Shown: positions 1 through 27,228 of the stretch, in pieces | Position numbering within the stretch: position 1 is the stretch's first letter | Layout: every line of letters starts with the position of its first letter | NCBI GenBank assembly: GCA_963693365.1 | Contig: CAVNZM010000008.1 | Span: forward strand, 9,428,818 to 9,492,817 | Direction: 5' to 3' | Length of the DNA stretch: 64,000 nt | DNA from: Amoebidium appalachense | Taxonomy: Eukaryota > Protista > Ichthyosporea | The notes under the pieces: generated by a model | What the model saw: the letters and a program-made list of their open reading frames with translations, nothing else | Databases searched by the model: none | What the model was told of the DNA's origin: nothing | Translations under genes and position numbers: made by a program

Positions 1-1493
1 CCCTACTAACTGACTTGTTGTTTAGCGAGGTTAGTTTCTCTGGTCTCTCTATTTCCTTTCTTTGTGCAAGGCCCCCCCCCCCCCCACCCTCCCCCCCTCC
101 CCCCACCCCCCACCCCCCTCCCCATCCGCGAGCTCCGCAACCACCTCACCACCACCACCACACCACCACGATACCTTAATATTAGCTCGTCTCTACCTAT
201 TACCTATAAATAAAATGAAGACTCACATATTGCGGCCTACCTACTCTAGCACGCTTCCTCCGATCTACTCTTTTCGTGCTTTACATACACAGAACACAAC
301 ACAGAACACAAAAACGAACGTGTGCACGCACACAGCAATACTCCACTAGGGTGCTTTTATGTCTCTCTTGTGTGCCTTGTGGTGTTCGTTCGTCTCCTTC
401 GAATTCATTCTTATTATTTTGTATGCTTAAGTCTTTACCGTCTGGTTTTGTTTTTTTTCACCCGACCAAGCTTATGCTTTCAAAGTTCGTGTATGTTGTT
501 GTTCGGGTCCTTATACCTCCCCCCCCCCCCCCCCCCCCCCTTCCCCCTCCCCTTTCTTCCCGTGGGCACCCATCCATCCACGCACACAGGCACACACATA
601 TAAAACCTGTATATGCACACAGATCTACACAAACTACATACCTGCCCACACCTGCCCCCAGGCTAGCACAACCCCCTCCCTCCCCCCCCCCCCCCCCCCC
701 TCCCCGCCGGCGGGGCGGGGAGAGGGGGGGGGGGGGGGGAGGGCTATGAAAAACATACCGACACCTTCTCTGTGCATGCACATCGACTTAAGAATATTTC
801 CACGTTGATACAAAACACAGGCTCACGGAATTTCTGTGCAGACATCAACATACCACCTGTGCCTCCAATCAGACTCTGCAAGACCAGATTCGACTTCGAA
901 TCGTTTCCTTTTTGATTTGCATATGACAATGTGTGAAGCCATTACGGCCTTAGTTAATTTAGAACTTGATGAAAGTACGTCCTTTAGAATATTCATTATT
1001 TTTTATTGTGTGACATGGTGCCCAGTATTAGTATAACACGCGATTTATGGTTCATACACTAACCGTCCTGATATGATTTTTCCGGGCCAGCGGCTATTAA
1101 CTCTACATTGTACAAAGACTGAGACCGTGTTATCGAGTTACATCAATAAATGTACTGTTAACAATTGTGATTCATAATGTTCGACTATGCTTTTAAGCCA
1201 TGTGTGGCGCACAATTTGAGAACGGACATGGGCATGGTTAGTTGCGGTGTTGTGTGGTGTGTGTGTATGCACATGTTTGCATGCTGTTGGCGCAGACCCA
1301 CACATTTGGTGCAAGGCCTCACGTGCTAGCCACAAATTTCGGCCCCTCCACGGTGGCGGAAGACTACACTAAATGACGTAATCAAATGGTCTACGCAATG
1401 TAGACTATAGGATTTCCCCGCCACCATGACGGCGAAAATGCAGTGCCTTTTTTTTTTTTTTTTTTTTTTTTTTGTATTAGTGGGCAGCGTCAT

Positions 1494-2109
1494 CAGTGGG
1501 GCCGACATTGGGACTGCGCCGATGGACTGGTTTCGGATTGACAGTCCATCGGATCTCCGATTGACCACACTCGACCATATTTGGTTTTTTCGCAAGTCCA
1601 TCCGATCGGAGCGTCCAGACTGGTCACGGATTGACGGCAACGCTGGCGCTGTATTCAACATATTTTATAATGCTAGCGTACATATACTCTATAATATTTG
1701 TACATTATTTTTGATTTAAATAAGAAGAGATGCTGTAGCTGACATGCTGCACGTCCAAAAAATATTAAAACTAATTATGATGCAAGTATCTACGGGTTGT
1801 CAAGTCTAGGATGCCTAACGCGCGGTCCATTTTGGCTATTTTCTATGCAATTAGTTAATTGGTAAATTTAGTGCGAATAGACTATTGGTAAAGTACGGGA
1901 TGATTGGTTCAGATTTTGCGCTGAACGTCAGTCAATCCGGGCCCGGATTGAAATTCAAAACGCCGAAAGACTGGCAGTTGATCCGGGAGTCAATCCCTGG
2001 GTTCGGCCAAATTTGGCAAGCGCTGTCCATCGGACTCAGTGACCGATCCAAATTAGGCAATTTTGGTCAATCCGGAGCGTCAATCGGCGCAGTTTGGACA
2101 GCACCATTG
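1494..2109. mobile_element. Degenerate MITE-like element (hAT-like CAGTG end) with subterminal repeats
   Basis: Left end CAGTGGGGC..ACTGCGCCGATGGAC..CGGATTGAC matches the reverse complement of the right end, CAATGGTGC..ACTGCGCCGATTGAC..CGGATTGAC. Several CGGATTGAC/GTCAATCCG motifs lie in mirror orientation around an AT-rich centre. No TSD is recognisable. Confidence 0.55.
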
Positions 2110-2502
2110 GGGACTATGCAAGGCGTCAAGTTGTCTTGTGCTTTCGTAACGAAAACATAAAATGGCAAATGATCACATTCAAGCTAAGTCAATCATTTTG
2201 ATCACATTCAAGCTAAGTCATCATTTTGGGATTTGGGATCGGTGAGTCGGGTGATTCGTGATCCGGGATCCCTCCCTCCTTCCGGAGAAATGAAGGGGGT
2301 GGGGTTGGGGGAGGAGGGGGGCCGGCGGCGGCGGGCGGGGGGGGGGGGGGGGGGGGGGGGATATAGATAAAGGGTGGAACCATACAACGCATTCTCATTT
2401 ATCGCTACCAAACCTGATGCTATTATCTTGTACATCTTATTATAAGTATACCACGTTCTGATTTCTTGGCATGTTATCAAATACCAACATCCATAACACA
2501 AG

Positions 2503-2893
2503 CTACTGCAATGGGGATGGGGAGGGTATGTGGTTTCTGAAGGTCATGAGAGAGTCGAGTGAGCGGCTGAAGATGTCACTGGAGAGGGAGTTGGGTCGGT
2601 TCAATCGGCCCATTTCCACTCGATCGTGCAGGTCATCCAGCAGTTCTGATTGATTAGTGTCAGTATTAGTCCAGCAAATAAGATCGGGGGGAGGGGGGGG
2701 GGACACACAGGCAAAGCGGAGAAAAAATGAGGAAGGCCGACATTTACATGAAATAGGCCATGACTATTGCCCCCCCCCCCCCCCCCCCCCTCCCCCCTTC
2801 CTCCCCCCTCCCCCTCCCCCCCTCTCTCCCTTTCCTTCGAACTCCCACTGCCACCACTACCACGACCACCAGCACACCCACAACAACCCCCCC

Positions 2894-2931
<38 letters not shown>

Positions 2932-3508
2932 ACACACACACCACCACCACCACCAACCACCGCAACCCACATACACACGTGCACACACACACACACACAT
3001 CACCAACATTACCACTAAACGAAAAGAAAGGGCGAAAAAAAAAAAGAAGAAGGAGAAAAAGGAAAAAAGAAAAATGTGTAGAAGATACGGAGAGGAACCA
3101 TTAGAAGAAACAGGAGGGGCAAGCAGGATAGGGCAATGTCACATACCCGTGCCCAGCCGCATGAGTGAGGGGGAAACGGCGGGCGGGGGAGGGGGGGGGG
3201 GGGGGGGGGAAGAAAACAAAGAAAAAAAGTAGAAGAGGAGAGAGAGAAAAGAGCAGGAAAGGAGAAAAGCAGGAGAGCAATGGACGAAGATTCAGAGAAA
3301 CCAGCAGGACAAGACCATGCCACCCACCGGAGTCCAGCAGCATCAGCTCCAGTCTTGTTGTCTTTGGGTTGTCGACGTGCCTCTGCACCTCCCTGTCTGG
3401 CCGTCCTACCATCGACTTGCCGTTCACTGCCAGCCCACACACATGACGTCAAAATAGGCCCCAGATGCGCAAATTTGCAGTAGAATCGAGAGAGTGGTTT
3501 CTCCAGAG

Positions 3509-3550
<42 letters not shown>

Positions 3551-5093
3551 TTCCCCGCCTCCTCCATCACCACCACCATGGGATTCGCCGGTTCGGAAAA
3601 TGTAGAGCAAACCTTCACTACCAACAACATTCTACCCGGCATCTCTCAGGTCACATCCACCTTCTCCCCACCCAGCCCCCCGTATCCCCTCTGACCCACC
3701 GACCCCCTCCCCCTCCCCCTCCCCCCCTTTCCCCTCCCCCTAAAAGAAAAAGGAAGGTAGAAAGGAAGAAAGAAGCGGGAAATAAGGAGAAAAAAACAGA
3801 GATAACGCAAGAATTTACAATTTGGAAAATAATTTGGTCTTATACTGTAGGTCGTTGCCCCCAGAAAACTATACATAAGCACATCAAGCAATACTTCACC
3901 CGGCTCCCTGGCCCTTCGGCCCCCCGTACCCTTCCCCCCCTCCGCCCCTACTCCCGGGGCACGGCCTCGCCAATATTCCCTCAAAAACCACATCCGTCTC
4001 TCACCTATCCCATGTTCACCTCCTCCTGTGTTTTCTTTTCTTTCTTCTTCTTTTTTTTTTTTCTTTTCTTTTTTTTTATGGGGGGGGGGGGGGGGGGGGG
4101 GGGGTGAGTGTGAAGGGGAGGCGGGGGGTTGGGGGGTTGGAATGCGTCACTTTGGGGAACACATTCATGCGAACAACACAATGAAAAGGCTGCAGAGCTC
4201 CGTAACACAAAGGGCATTCATTATATAAACCAGCGAACATCTTCGGTTGGGGTGGGGGGAGGGGGGGGGGGGGGGGGGGGGAGCGGAGGGAGGATGAGGG
4301 GGCAGACGGGGTTGCACTGTGGATGGGTTGAGTGAGCAGCTGCCAGTGGGTGGGTAGGGGGCAGGTTGAGAGGGGAAGAGGGGGGGAAAGGGAAGGAGGA
4401 AAAACTGATTGGATGGGTGGGAATATTGGAGAGGAAGAGGGGTTATGATTGCAATTTTCTTGGGCCGCAGGCGGGCGGGCAGGCGGGCGGGAGGGTGGGG
4501 GGGGGAGGGGAGGGTGGGGGAGGAAGGGGTGGGGAGGGGGGGGGGGGGGGGAGAGGGGGTGTCGAGGGTGTGTGTGTGTGTGGGAGGAGGGGGGAGGGCA
4601 GGGGGGAGGGGGGAGAGAGAGAGAGAGAGGAGACAGGGGGGGGGGGGGGGGAGGTGGGGGGGGGGAGGGGGGAAGTATTATATAGACTGGGTTTGGGGCA
4701 AACACAAGTAGTGGGCATGTACCGGCCATGATGCTCTGACCGTGGATGGTTCTGTGGCGGGAGGCAGGGGAGCCGGGCTGCACCTCTGCAACCTGCAGTG
4801 TGTGGGTGAGCAGCTACCATATTAGTGGTCTTGCATCCCCACACGTCGAGGAATTTAGCTTGCAACGTGTGTGTTCGGTGTTTGCTGGATGTGTGTACGT
4901 TTTTATAGGGCACCGGGCTGGGGGGCAGGGCGTACTTGCGAGAAGCTGGGGGGAGGTGGGGGGGGAAGAGGAGAAGATGGCAGTGACCGAAAGGAGGGAG
5001 AAAATCAGAGCTGACGCTGTGTAATAAGAAAAGGTTCAGGGAGAGTTTTGGTTAAGCAGAGGGTATAAGGGAGGAGATAGTGCGTGTGTGTGT

Positions 5094-5132
<39 letters not shown>

Positions 5133-6339
5133 AGGGATACCATTCCGTCTCTGCAGATGATGCCACTGGGTGTGTTCGGGGAGGGCTTGTCGATTGACAC
5201 AAAGGCTGGGCCGCCACGCACAATCATGTTGAGCACCGGCCTAGGGGCACATTGTATGAGCCACAATAAGACTTGTGATAGAATCATTGAATGCCCGGCT
5301 TATCTATTAGCCTGCTCACCAGGTGCTAGGGGGACGTGAGTTGGGGAAACGGGAAGTGTTTCTCCCGGAACGTGGTGAGAAAACGGGGAGAGGAGGTGGG
5401 GGTGAAAATTTTACACGGGAAGAAAGAGGGAGGGAGGGGGGGGGGGGGGGGGGGGGAGGGGGGGGGGGGTTGAAGACAAGGGTGTACATATGCACGTTAG
5501 AGTCCGTGACCGACAGTGTTATTATAATACTAACTTGGGAACAATTTCTCACGATGTGCCACCCCCCCCCCCCCCCCCCCCGCGTCCCCCCCCCCCCCCC
5601 CCCCCTCCCGCCCTTCCCCAAGTCCAGGCGCGCGTGTCGTGTGTATGTAATTTACTGGAGGCTTCAAGGCAATTGCAAGCTCATGAAGATATGTTACAGT
5701 AGCAATCAACCCCCCCATCCCCACACCCCGTTGGTTTAAATTCTGCCCGATCTGCAGACCTTAAGGCCACGTTTCCTCCATTCCTTCCAAAAATAAATTG
5801 CATGCGCAAGCGTTTTCAAAGTCATTTATACTTCCACGGCCTATAGCAGTTTCTTTGATGGTTGCTCTTTTTGGGAGGGTAAAAAGGGGGGGGAAGGCTT
5901 TTCATTTATGAATATGTGTTTTTGTAATGCCAGGCACATGAACTACCTCGAAACCATAATGTCGTAGATCACCTCCAGGCCAAACGCTGGGGTCATTGCT
6001 GTGCCATTTATCTGGAGGACACACCACAATTCAGACAAAGAAATGTGTAATGGGTCGGACTCAACTAAACTACAGATTTAGGGGGGCTCTGAGAACGAAA
6101 AATGATGAAGTTATTGGAGAAAAATTCGCTTCAATGAATTGGGTGGGCAAGGTTGGGGGAAGAGGGGCTGGCTGGCGATAGGGTGTATGTGTCTTCGATG
6201 ATGATGTAGATAAACGGGTTGTGTGTGCGTGTGTGTGTGTGTGTGCGCGCGCGCGTGTGTGTGTGCGTGTGTATGCGTGTGCGCGCTTGCGTTTGTGTGC
6301 ATGTGTGTGTGTGCATGCGTGTTTGTGTATGTGTATGTG

Positions 6340-6411
<72 letters not shown>

Positions 6412-6852
6412 ATATGTGTGTGGGTGTGGGTGCTGTGGATGTGTACGGGCGCGCTTGCATGTGAGTGGGTGTACGTGCGCACGCATGGTGCACGTGCGGG
6501 CGCGTGTGCACGCGAGGCTCGGCACGACTGTATTTTCATATGTTTTTTTTCGGAGGGGGGAGGAGTATGGGGCGGGATTGCGCAGAACATATTATGTTGC
6601 TATGCAAAGAGTTGAGAATCTGGGAAGGGTAGGCGCACAAGTGCACTAAGGTGGTGGCTGGGTGTTTTGTTTCAAAACCGGTACTAAGGAACGCTCTGTG
6701 TGAGCCCAGTAATCATCATATGTAGTTGGGGGAAAGAAGAGGGACGGGCCGGATGTTGGCAGTGGTGGAACGCAACATGCACTCTAAAGTTTTTCTTTTT
6801 TCCCAACCCCCTCCCTTTTTCTTCCCCCTCAGTCTCTCTCTCTCTCTCTCTC

Positions 6853-6892
<40 letters not shown>

Positions 6893-6927
6893 TCTCTCTC
6901 CCTCTCTCCCTCTCCCTCTCTCTCTCT

Positions 6928-7008
<81 letters not shown>

Positions 7009-8484
7009 CCCCCCCCCCCCCCCCCCCCCCCCCACCCCCCCTTTCCCTTCCATCAAATCATTTTGCGGTTGTTTTGTTTGGTTGAAGTCAACATTTGATA
7101 TGTTCTTTAAACTGTTCAAACCGGCAAATTTCCCAAGATCGCGATCGACGTGTCACTTGTCGACATGGCCAAGTTTCTGCTGTAATGTGAGCATAAAGTT
7201 GATAAGAACTAGCCTATGAAAAGTTGCACTAAAGTAAAACAGTATTCATCCTTTGTTTTATGCAAAAAAACTTGAACTTTGTTCTAACACACGATACTTT
7301 GTATATAGTGTAACTACGAAGGGTGCTTGCCGGCTTGACGAGTCAATGTCGACATCCAAATGCTGTCAAATGCAAGCTTCTGATTGGACCAATGTAAAAT
7401 TGCAGAATATGATTGGCCGGCTCAGTCGACATTCGATGACAGCTCCATGATTTTCTCAAAATCTCGAAAGTCCCTTCAGAAACAGATATAAAAGTACACG
7501 AAATAATGGTATTTTCCACCAACTTAGAAACATATGTAGGTAAGACATATACCTGTCGGCATATGCAATTTATTTGAGCTTTTTTTAATGATTTTGAGTC
7601 ACAATAGAGTTGTCTAGAGCTGGCCGGCTGCCGGCCAAATCAATTAGTGCCGGCCCCAAGAGGTTAACGTATTCACCACTCACCTCCAAAATCTCGTCAC
7701 CAATATACACGCCCGAGTTGTAGGCCTTTCCAGAAGGGGAGAGCCCAGCAACGTACAGACCATTCCTTGCCCACTGGAGGTCAATGCCAAGGTTGGTGGA
7801 TGATCTTAGGCCACTGCAAACAGGCAGCTAAGTTAGTTTAATCAGGAGCTTCCTTGATCTTTTCCACAAAAGTTTTTAGTTCTGGCTGCTTGCAAAATAC
7901 ACTGGCTTGGCTGATGGCTTGTAATACCGTAGAGAAAAGATAAGCATGTTGAAAACACCATGTTGCTTGAACCACGGTCTAGAGAAAGCCTCCTCTGCTA
8001 GCGTATTTGGAGAATATGTCAGCCACTAGTGTTGTTTGCTATGTGAATGTTTGGTTCGAGTGGGTGAATCCGGTGATCCGCTTCGATAACGAACCTGGGG
8101 GTGGGGGGGGGGGGGGGGGGGGGGGGGGTTGGGGGGGGCGGGGGGAGGAAGAAAGAAAAGCAGTAGCACTGGTCTGCACTGTATTTCGCCACACAGTCCT
8201 AGCACTTGTGGAAAAATATCATGAGTCGATACAAGGATATCATGCGTGTCATATATAGTTGAAAACTGCTAGAAAGCGGCTACATGAGAGTGAAAAGCGG
8301 TAAATGTCTCCATTCAGTCGGACACTTGCCAAAGTTTAACATTTTCAAGTCACCTGAAAGGTATGACAGAGGGGGTAGATTACCATATCTCGACCTCACG
8401 GATGACTGGTTTCTGGACTTCAACCACTTGGGATGCTCCAGAGGGAAGGACCTGGACAGCAGCCGGAAGAGGTGTACGCCCCAT
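2503..8484 (-). CDS. Syntenin-like tandem PDZ-domain protein (7 exons recovered; N-terminus may extend further)
   Basis: Exons 8484-8384, 7813-7684, 6011-5947, 5240-5141, 4792-4723, 3426-3328 and 2645-2503 are all GT-AG and in phase (235 aa from the ATG at 8484). Translation: KPVIREVEIC-GLRSSTNLGIDLQWARNGLYVAGLSPSGKAYNSGVYIGDEILEINGT...PVLNMIVRGG...GIICRDGMVAEVQPGSPASRHRTIHGQSIMAVNGKSMVG...LELMLL. These are two adjacent PDZ domains resembling syntenin PDZ1/PDZ2. Confidence 0.8.
4131..4250 (-). mobile_element. Diverged copy of the poly-C-ended repeat family, on the minus strand
   Basis: The plus strand reads GGGGTTGGAATGCGTCA, the reverse complement of the family end TGACGCATTC(A/T)AACCCC. 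It is flanked by poly-G and lies in an intron of the minus-strand PDZ gene. Confidence 0.5.
7107..7667 (-). mobile_element. piggyBac-like MITE with TTAA at both ends
   Basis: TTAA at 7107-7110 and 7664-7667. The ends TTAA|CCTCTTGGGGCCGGC and TTAA|ACTGTTCAAACCGGCAAA are homologous to both ends of the copy at 45093-45339. Confidence 0.7.
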
Positions 8485-9751
8485 CTCTACAATGGATCCT
8501 CGTGTCCAGGAAAACAAAAAAGAACTGGCAATGCTTCCTTGGCAATGTGAGGACAAGGGTGGTTTCCGACTTGAATTCTTCCTTTAAATTTAGTGCTGCC
8601 TGTTGTGCTGATTGCTTGGTGTTTTGACACAAAGAAAGAGTGAAAGGCAGCAAAAAAATCCTGCATGGATACGTGTGTGTGTACGCAGCCCTACTGCCAT
8701 GCCAGCGCTCTGCAGGGTCACACACACTCCTGTTGACACAGACTCTGAGAGCTTACAGTTCTTGTGCACCTTTTCAACGCACAGCTACTGGCCAAACGAC
8801 GGTCAAATTCACTTCTTCTCAATGGGTTTTCCATTCGATTTTGCACTTGGGGATCTCAAATAGTGAGCAAAGCCTCTTGATAGGAGTGGTCTGCATTTGA
8901 ATGGGCTATGTTTATAGCAAACGGGGCTACTGAAGGCCTAAAAGCTCAGGTAATTAGCTAATGGTCTATCAATTGAGTGCCCCATAATTTGTTTTTTTCT
9001 GCATGCAAACAGCATAAATACGCAAACGAAGACTTTATCTTTCGAATTCAATGCATGGCAGATAAATGCACATGTGTGGATGTGCGAGTGTGTGTGTGTG
9101 CGTGTGTGTGTCTTCGCCGATTTCTCTCTCTTGTCTGAGAGCATGCACGCGTTATCTAAATTTGTGCCGTTTCTATATTTAGACTCAACTGGGGTGTTTC
9201 ACCTGGTTTCATGCCGACTGCGCGTGCGCGCGCCACGTGATTGTCCATGAGCCTCCATATGTCGCCATCAGGGAAAATCAACATGAATCGTCATCAGGGT
9301 GCGCACCGGACGCATCGCAAGCATTTAAACATAGCTTTAAATGGTTATAAAATTACGATGGTATGATTCGCTACGCAGGCACCCATTTACGCAAAATTGT
9401 ACGATTTTGCGATTGGGGGGTGGAGCATCATGCATGCACGTGATTTTCGAGCCCTCGACAAACTTGGAAAGACGGTGCACTGAAAACGGTGAAACTAGCG
9501 AAGTGAAGAATTGGGTTATGAAAGAACATTGGGTTATTACTGGGCGCTCCTTGTATAGAGCCAATAAAGACGGGGATAAGAGCAAATTGCCACGAATTAT
9601 TGCCGTTCATCCTTAGTTTAGCGGGGCACAGGCGCTGCAGCAGATCTCGAGCAGCAATTTGTGGGGCTCAAACCTTTGTGGGCAACCTGGCCACACGGCA
9701 ATTGCCTTTAGGTCTCGCTGAGACCGGAATTTTCCTAGATCTTCTTTGAAA

Positions 9752-24425
<14,674 letters not shown>

Positions 24426-24697
24426 TGCTGCGCCCCGCAGAATCTAGAGATTTACTTGGTGATTTATTGTTTCTTTTCAGTCGGGATTTTGAATGACTGG
24501 TTGGGGTGGAATAAAAGAGGTGTGTGTTTGTGTGTGTGCGTGTGTGTTTGGGGGGAAGGGGGTGATTGGACGATATCGCAGACTGAGTGCCATCCTCGAT
24601 ATACTCATTTGATTCAAATTCTGCATGTGCAGTTACTACATGAATAGGTGGACTGGTTGCTTTCTGAATTTCTGCTTTTTTATTTTTTCATTTTTTT

Positions 24698-24749
<52 letters not shown>

Positions 24750-25087
24750 GGAGGAGAAATAGTCACTAATGAGGCAAACTAATTGGCATCATTTAAAATA
24801 TGTACGATATGTACATCAATGACATGACAACGACAAGCTTAAATGCCCGTATTTTAACATTCTAGCGCTCTTCTGGTTTTCACGCCCTGTCCCAGATCTA
24901 ACAAATACATGTTACCCAATCATTGTAACTGTTGCATGTGCACGCGACTCACTCTGTAACTGTTGCATGTGCACGCGACTCACTCATGGGTGGCTGTGCA
25001 ATGGACCCCCCCCCCCCCCCAACGGCCAGCCGTGACCCCCCCCCCCCCCCCCCAAAAAAAAAAAATAAATAAAAAAAATTGGCCAGG

Positions 25088-25122
<35 letters not shown>

Positions 25123-25758
25123 TCACTGATGCACATTCGTTTGCTTCATGATCATATGGCGATACATAGGCGATGGTTGTTTGTTTGGCCCCTTTCTGTG
25201 ACGTAATGGTTTGATGTCGTCATTGTACCATGCCGGCCGCTATTGTAAACGGCAAGATCTCATTTATGATATCTAGCAAATCAACAGCCGGCACCGCGCA
25301 TGCGTCTTTTTGCTTCGCTGCTTTTTGCCTTCCTAGCTAGTATAGAAAGAGTAGGAGCCGGTGGGGCCCCCGTGTCGACATACAAAGCATATATCGTGGC
25401 AGTTTTTATTGTTGTTATTGTTATTTTTGGTTCAACTTTAAGGCGTTTAGGCCAAACGAGAATACACTACTCACGAGTCTCAGAGCTACTATTCTCTGCT
25501 GTCCAATCAGTTCGCTCGGGGTCGATCCCTTTTGTCAGCCGCGTGGTAGTGTGTGGAATGCAAAAATGTTTTTTTTTTTGCTTTTCATGATCACTGGTCA
25601 ACAAAATTGACTGACTGAGCAAAGCACAACTGACTGAGCAGCAGTTGCCAACCGTTTGCAGGACCAGAGTAATAATATTAGGAATTTCACACGCTCGACC
25701 GTTTGGACAAAGCGTTAGGCTGAGTACCTTCTCGCTTAGGGAGATCTGATCCTCCAAG

Positions 25759-27228
25759 ATGATTCCCAAAACAGCATCTGTTCCCGTATTCACCCAAACA
25801 CCCAAAGTTGTTTACAACAACCCAGAGATACGCAAGCTCCTCAAACCAGAACCGGAAGACACTCCCTACACTCCAGAGGACATCACCGCCATATGGACCC
25901 TTCTGGAGTCCAAAAATGCACTCACTTTCCCTACCATTGCTCAGCGCGGCCTGTTTTGTGCGGCGCTTTCCGAAGAGGGCGACGAAAACTATACCGGGTA
26001 CCAGAACGTGTGGGTGAGAGACAACATCTACATCGCCTACGCACATCTAACCACCGGTCAGCCTAAAATGGCAGTTGCCGTTGTGAAAGATATTGTGGCA
26101 TTTTGGTCCGCCCACCGCCGGCGCTTCATCGATTGCATTAACGGGCGGGCCGATCCAGAGGACGTTATGCAACGGCCACACATTCGCTTCAACGGGCACG
26201 ATTTAGATGAGAACAGTGAGACGTGGTCGCACGCACAAAACGACGCCATCGGCTACTTTCTATGGCTAACATGCATGCTGGGGCGAAAGGGATTAATCGA
26301 CTGCTGTGGAGACAAAATCGTGGATCTTCTCGTTCTGGTTTCTCTCTACCTGGACGTCGTAAGTTACTGGGATGACAAAGACAACGGCCACTGGGAAGAG
26401 GTGAGGAAGCTTCAGGCATCAAGCGTCGGAGCGGTAGTGGCGGGAATGCACGAACTCCATCTCCTTCTGAAGGAAAGCGTGGAGTTTTCGGCTGCGTTCG
26501 GGCATGCATATGCGGCGGCGCTGTTTTTCATCATCCCGAAGAAGTCTCTCCACCTTCCGGAAGATCCTTTGGAGTTCGTCGAGCACACGGAGGCACGTGG
26601 TCGCACTGCGCTCGAGGCCATTCTACCGTACGAGTCACGTGACGAGGGTGCGGAGAGGGTTACGGACGGGGCGCTCCTTTACCTTGTCTACCCTCTGCAA
26701 GTCGTCGAGGGGGACATGGCGCGGCAGATTGTGCAGGATGTAGTCAACATGCTGGCCGGAGACTATGGTATCCGTCGCTATACCGGTGACTCCTATTGGA
26801 TGGCAGACTACAAGACCCTCTTTTCCGAGGAGAACCGCACGGCCGATTTCAGCCACGACATGAGCCAACGTGATAAGCTGCTCAAGCCGGGTGAAGAGGC
26901 CCAATGGTGTATATTCGACTCGATCATTTCGGCAATCTGCGGGAAATGGGCACTCACCGCATCTTCACCGGAGGAAAAGTCTGAGTTTATCAAAATGCAA
27001 TCACTGTTCTTCGATCGGGCGGTCGGGCAAGTTACGGGACCCGACTGTGCCTTCGGCGCGTACAAATGCCCGGAATCGTACTACCTCGAGAAGGGCAAGT
27101 ATGTGGTGAACGATATTTGCCCACTTCTGTGGACACAGGCAAATCTGCTCATTGCACTTCACTACATGAAGTTGACTGTGGGAGGGGCACCTCCAGGTGA
27201 GGCCCCCGTCAACGGCCACCTGAACTAG
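25759..27228 (+). CDS. Glycoside hydrolase family 15 / phosphorylase kinase alpha-beta-like protein, intronless, 489 aa
   Basis: Continuous high-complexity ORF with the motifs TGYQNVWVRDN, WSHAQNDAIGYFL, DNGHWEE, SSVGAVVAG, YGIRRYTGDSY, EAQW, CPESY and PLLWTQANL, typical of GH15-like (alpha/alpha)6 barrels. Confidence 0.85.
   Translation: MIPKTASVPVFTQTPKVVYNNPEIRKLLKPEPEDTPYTPEDITAIWTLLESKNALTFPTIAQRGLFCAALSEEGDENYTGYQNVWVRDNIYIAYAHLTTGQPKMAVAVVKDIVAFWSAHRRRFIDCINGRADPEDVMQRPHIRFNGHDLDENSETWSHAQNDAIGYFLWLTCMLGRKGLIDCCGDKIVDLLVLVSLYLDVVSYWDDKDNGHWEEVRKLQASSVGAVVAGMHELHLLLKESVEFSAAFGHAYAAALFFIIPKKSLHLPEDPLEFVEHTEARGRTALEAILPYESRDEGAERVTDGALLYLVYPLQVVEGDMARQIVQDVVNMLAGDYGIRRYTGDSYWMADYKTLFSEENRTADFSHDMSQRDKLLKPGEEAQWCIFDSIISAICGKWALTASSPEEKSEFIKMQSLFFDRAVGQVTGPDCAFGAYKCPESYYLEKGKYVVNDICPLLWTQANLLIALHYMKLTVGGAPPGEAPVNGHLN

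Noticed and set aside
744-945. Possible minus-strand exon(s) near the window start
   Set aside because: Donor-like GTATGT sites exist, but there is no recognisable protein motif and no in-phase partner exon.
2170-2230. Small local tandem duplications (also 10968-11010, 17545-17650, 24925-24985, 61630-61736, 63371-63432)
   Set aside because: These are ordinary two-copy slippage duplications with no further structure.
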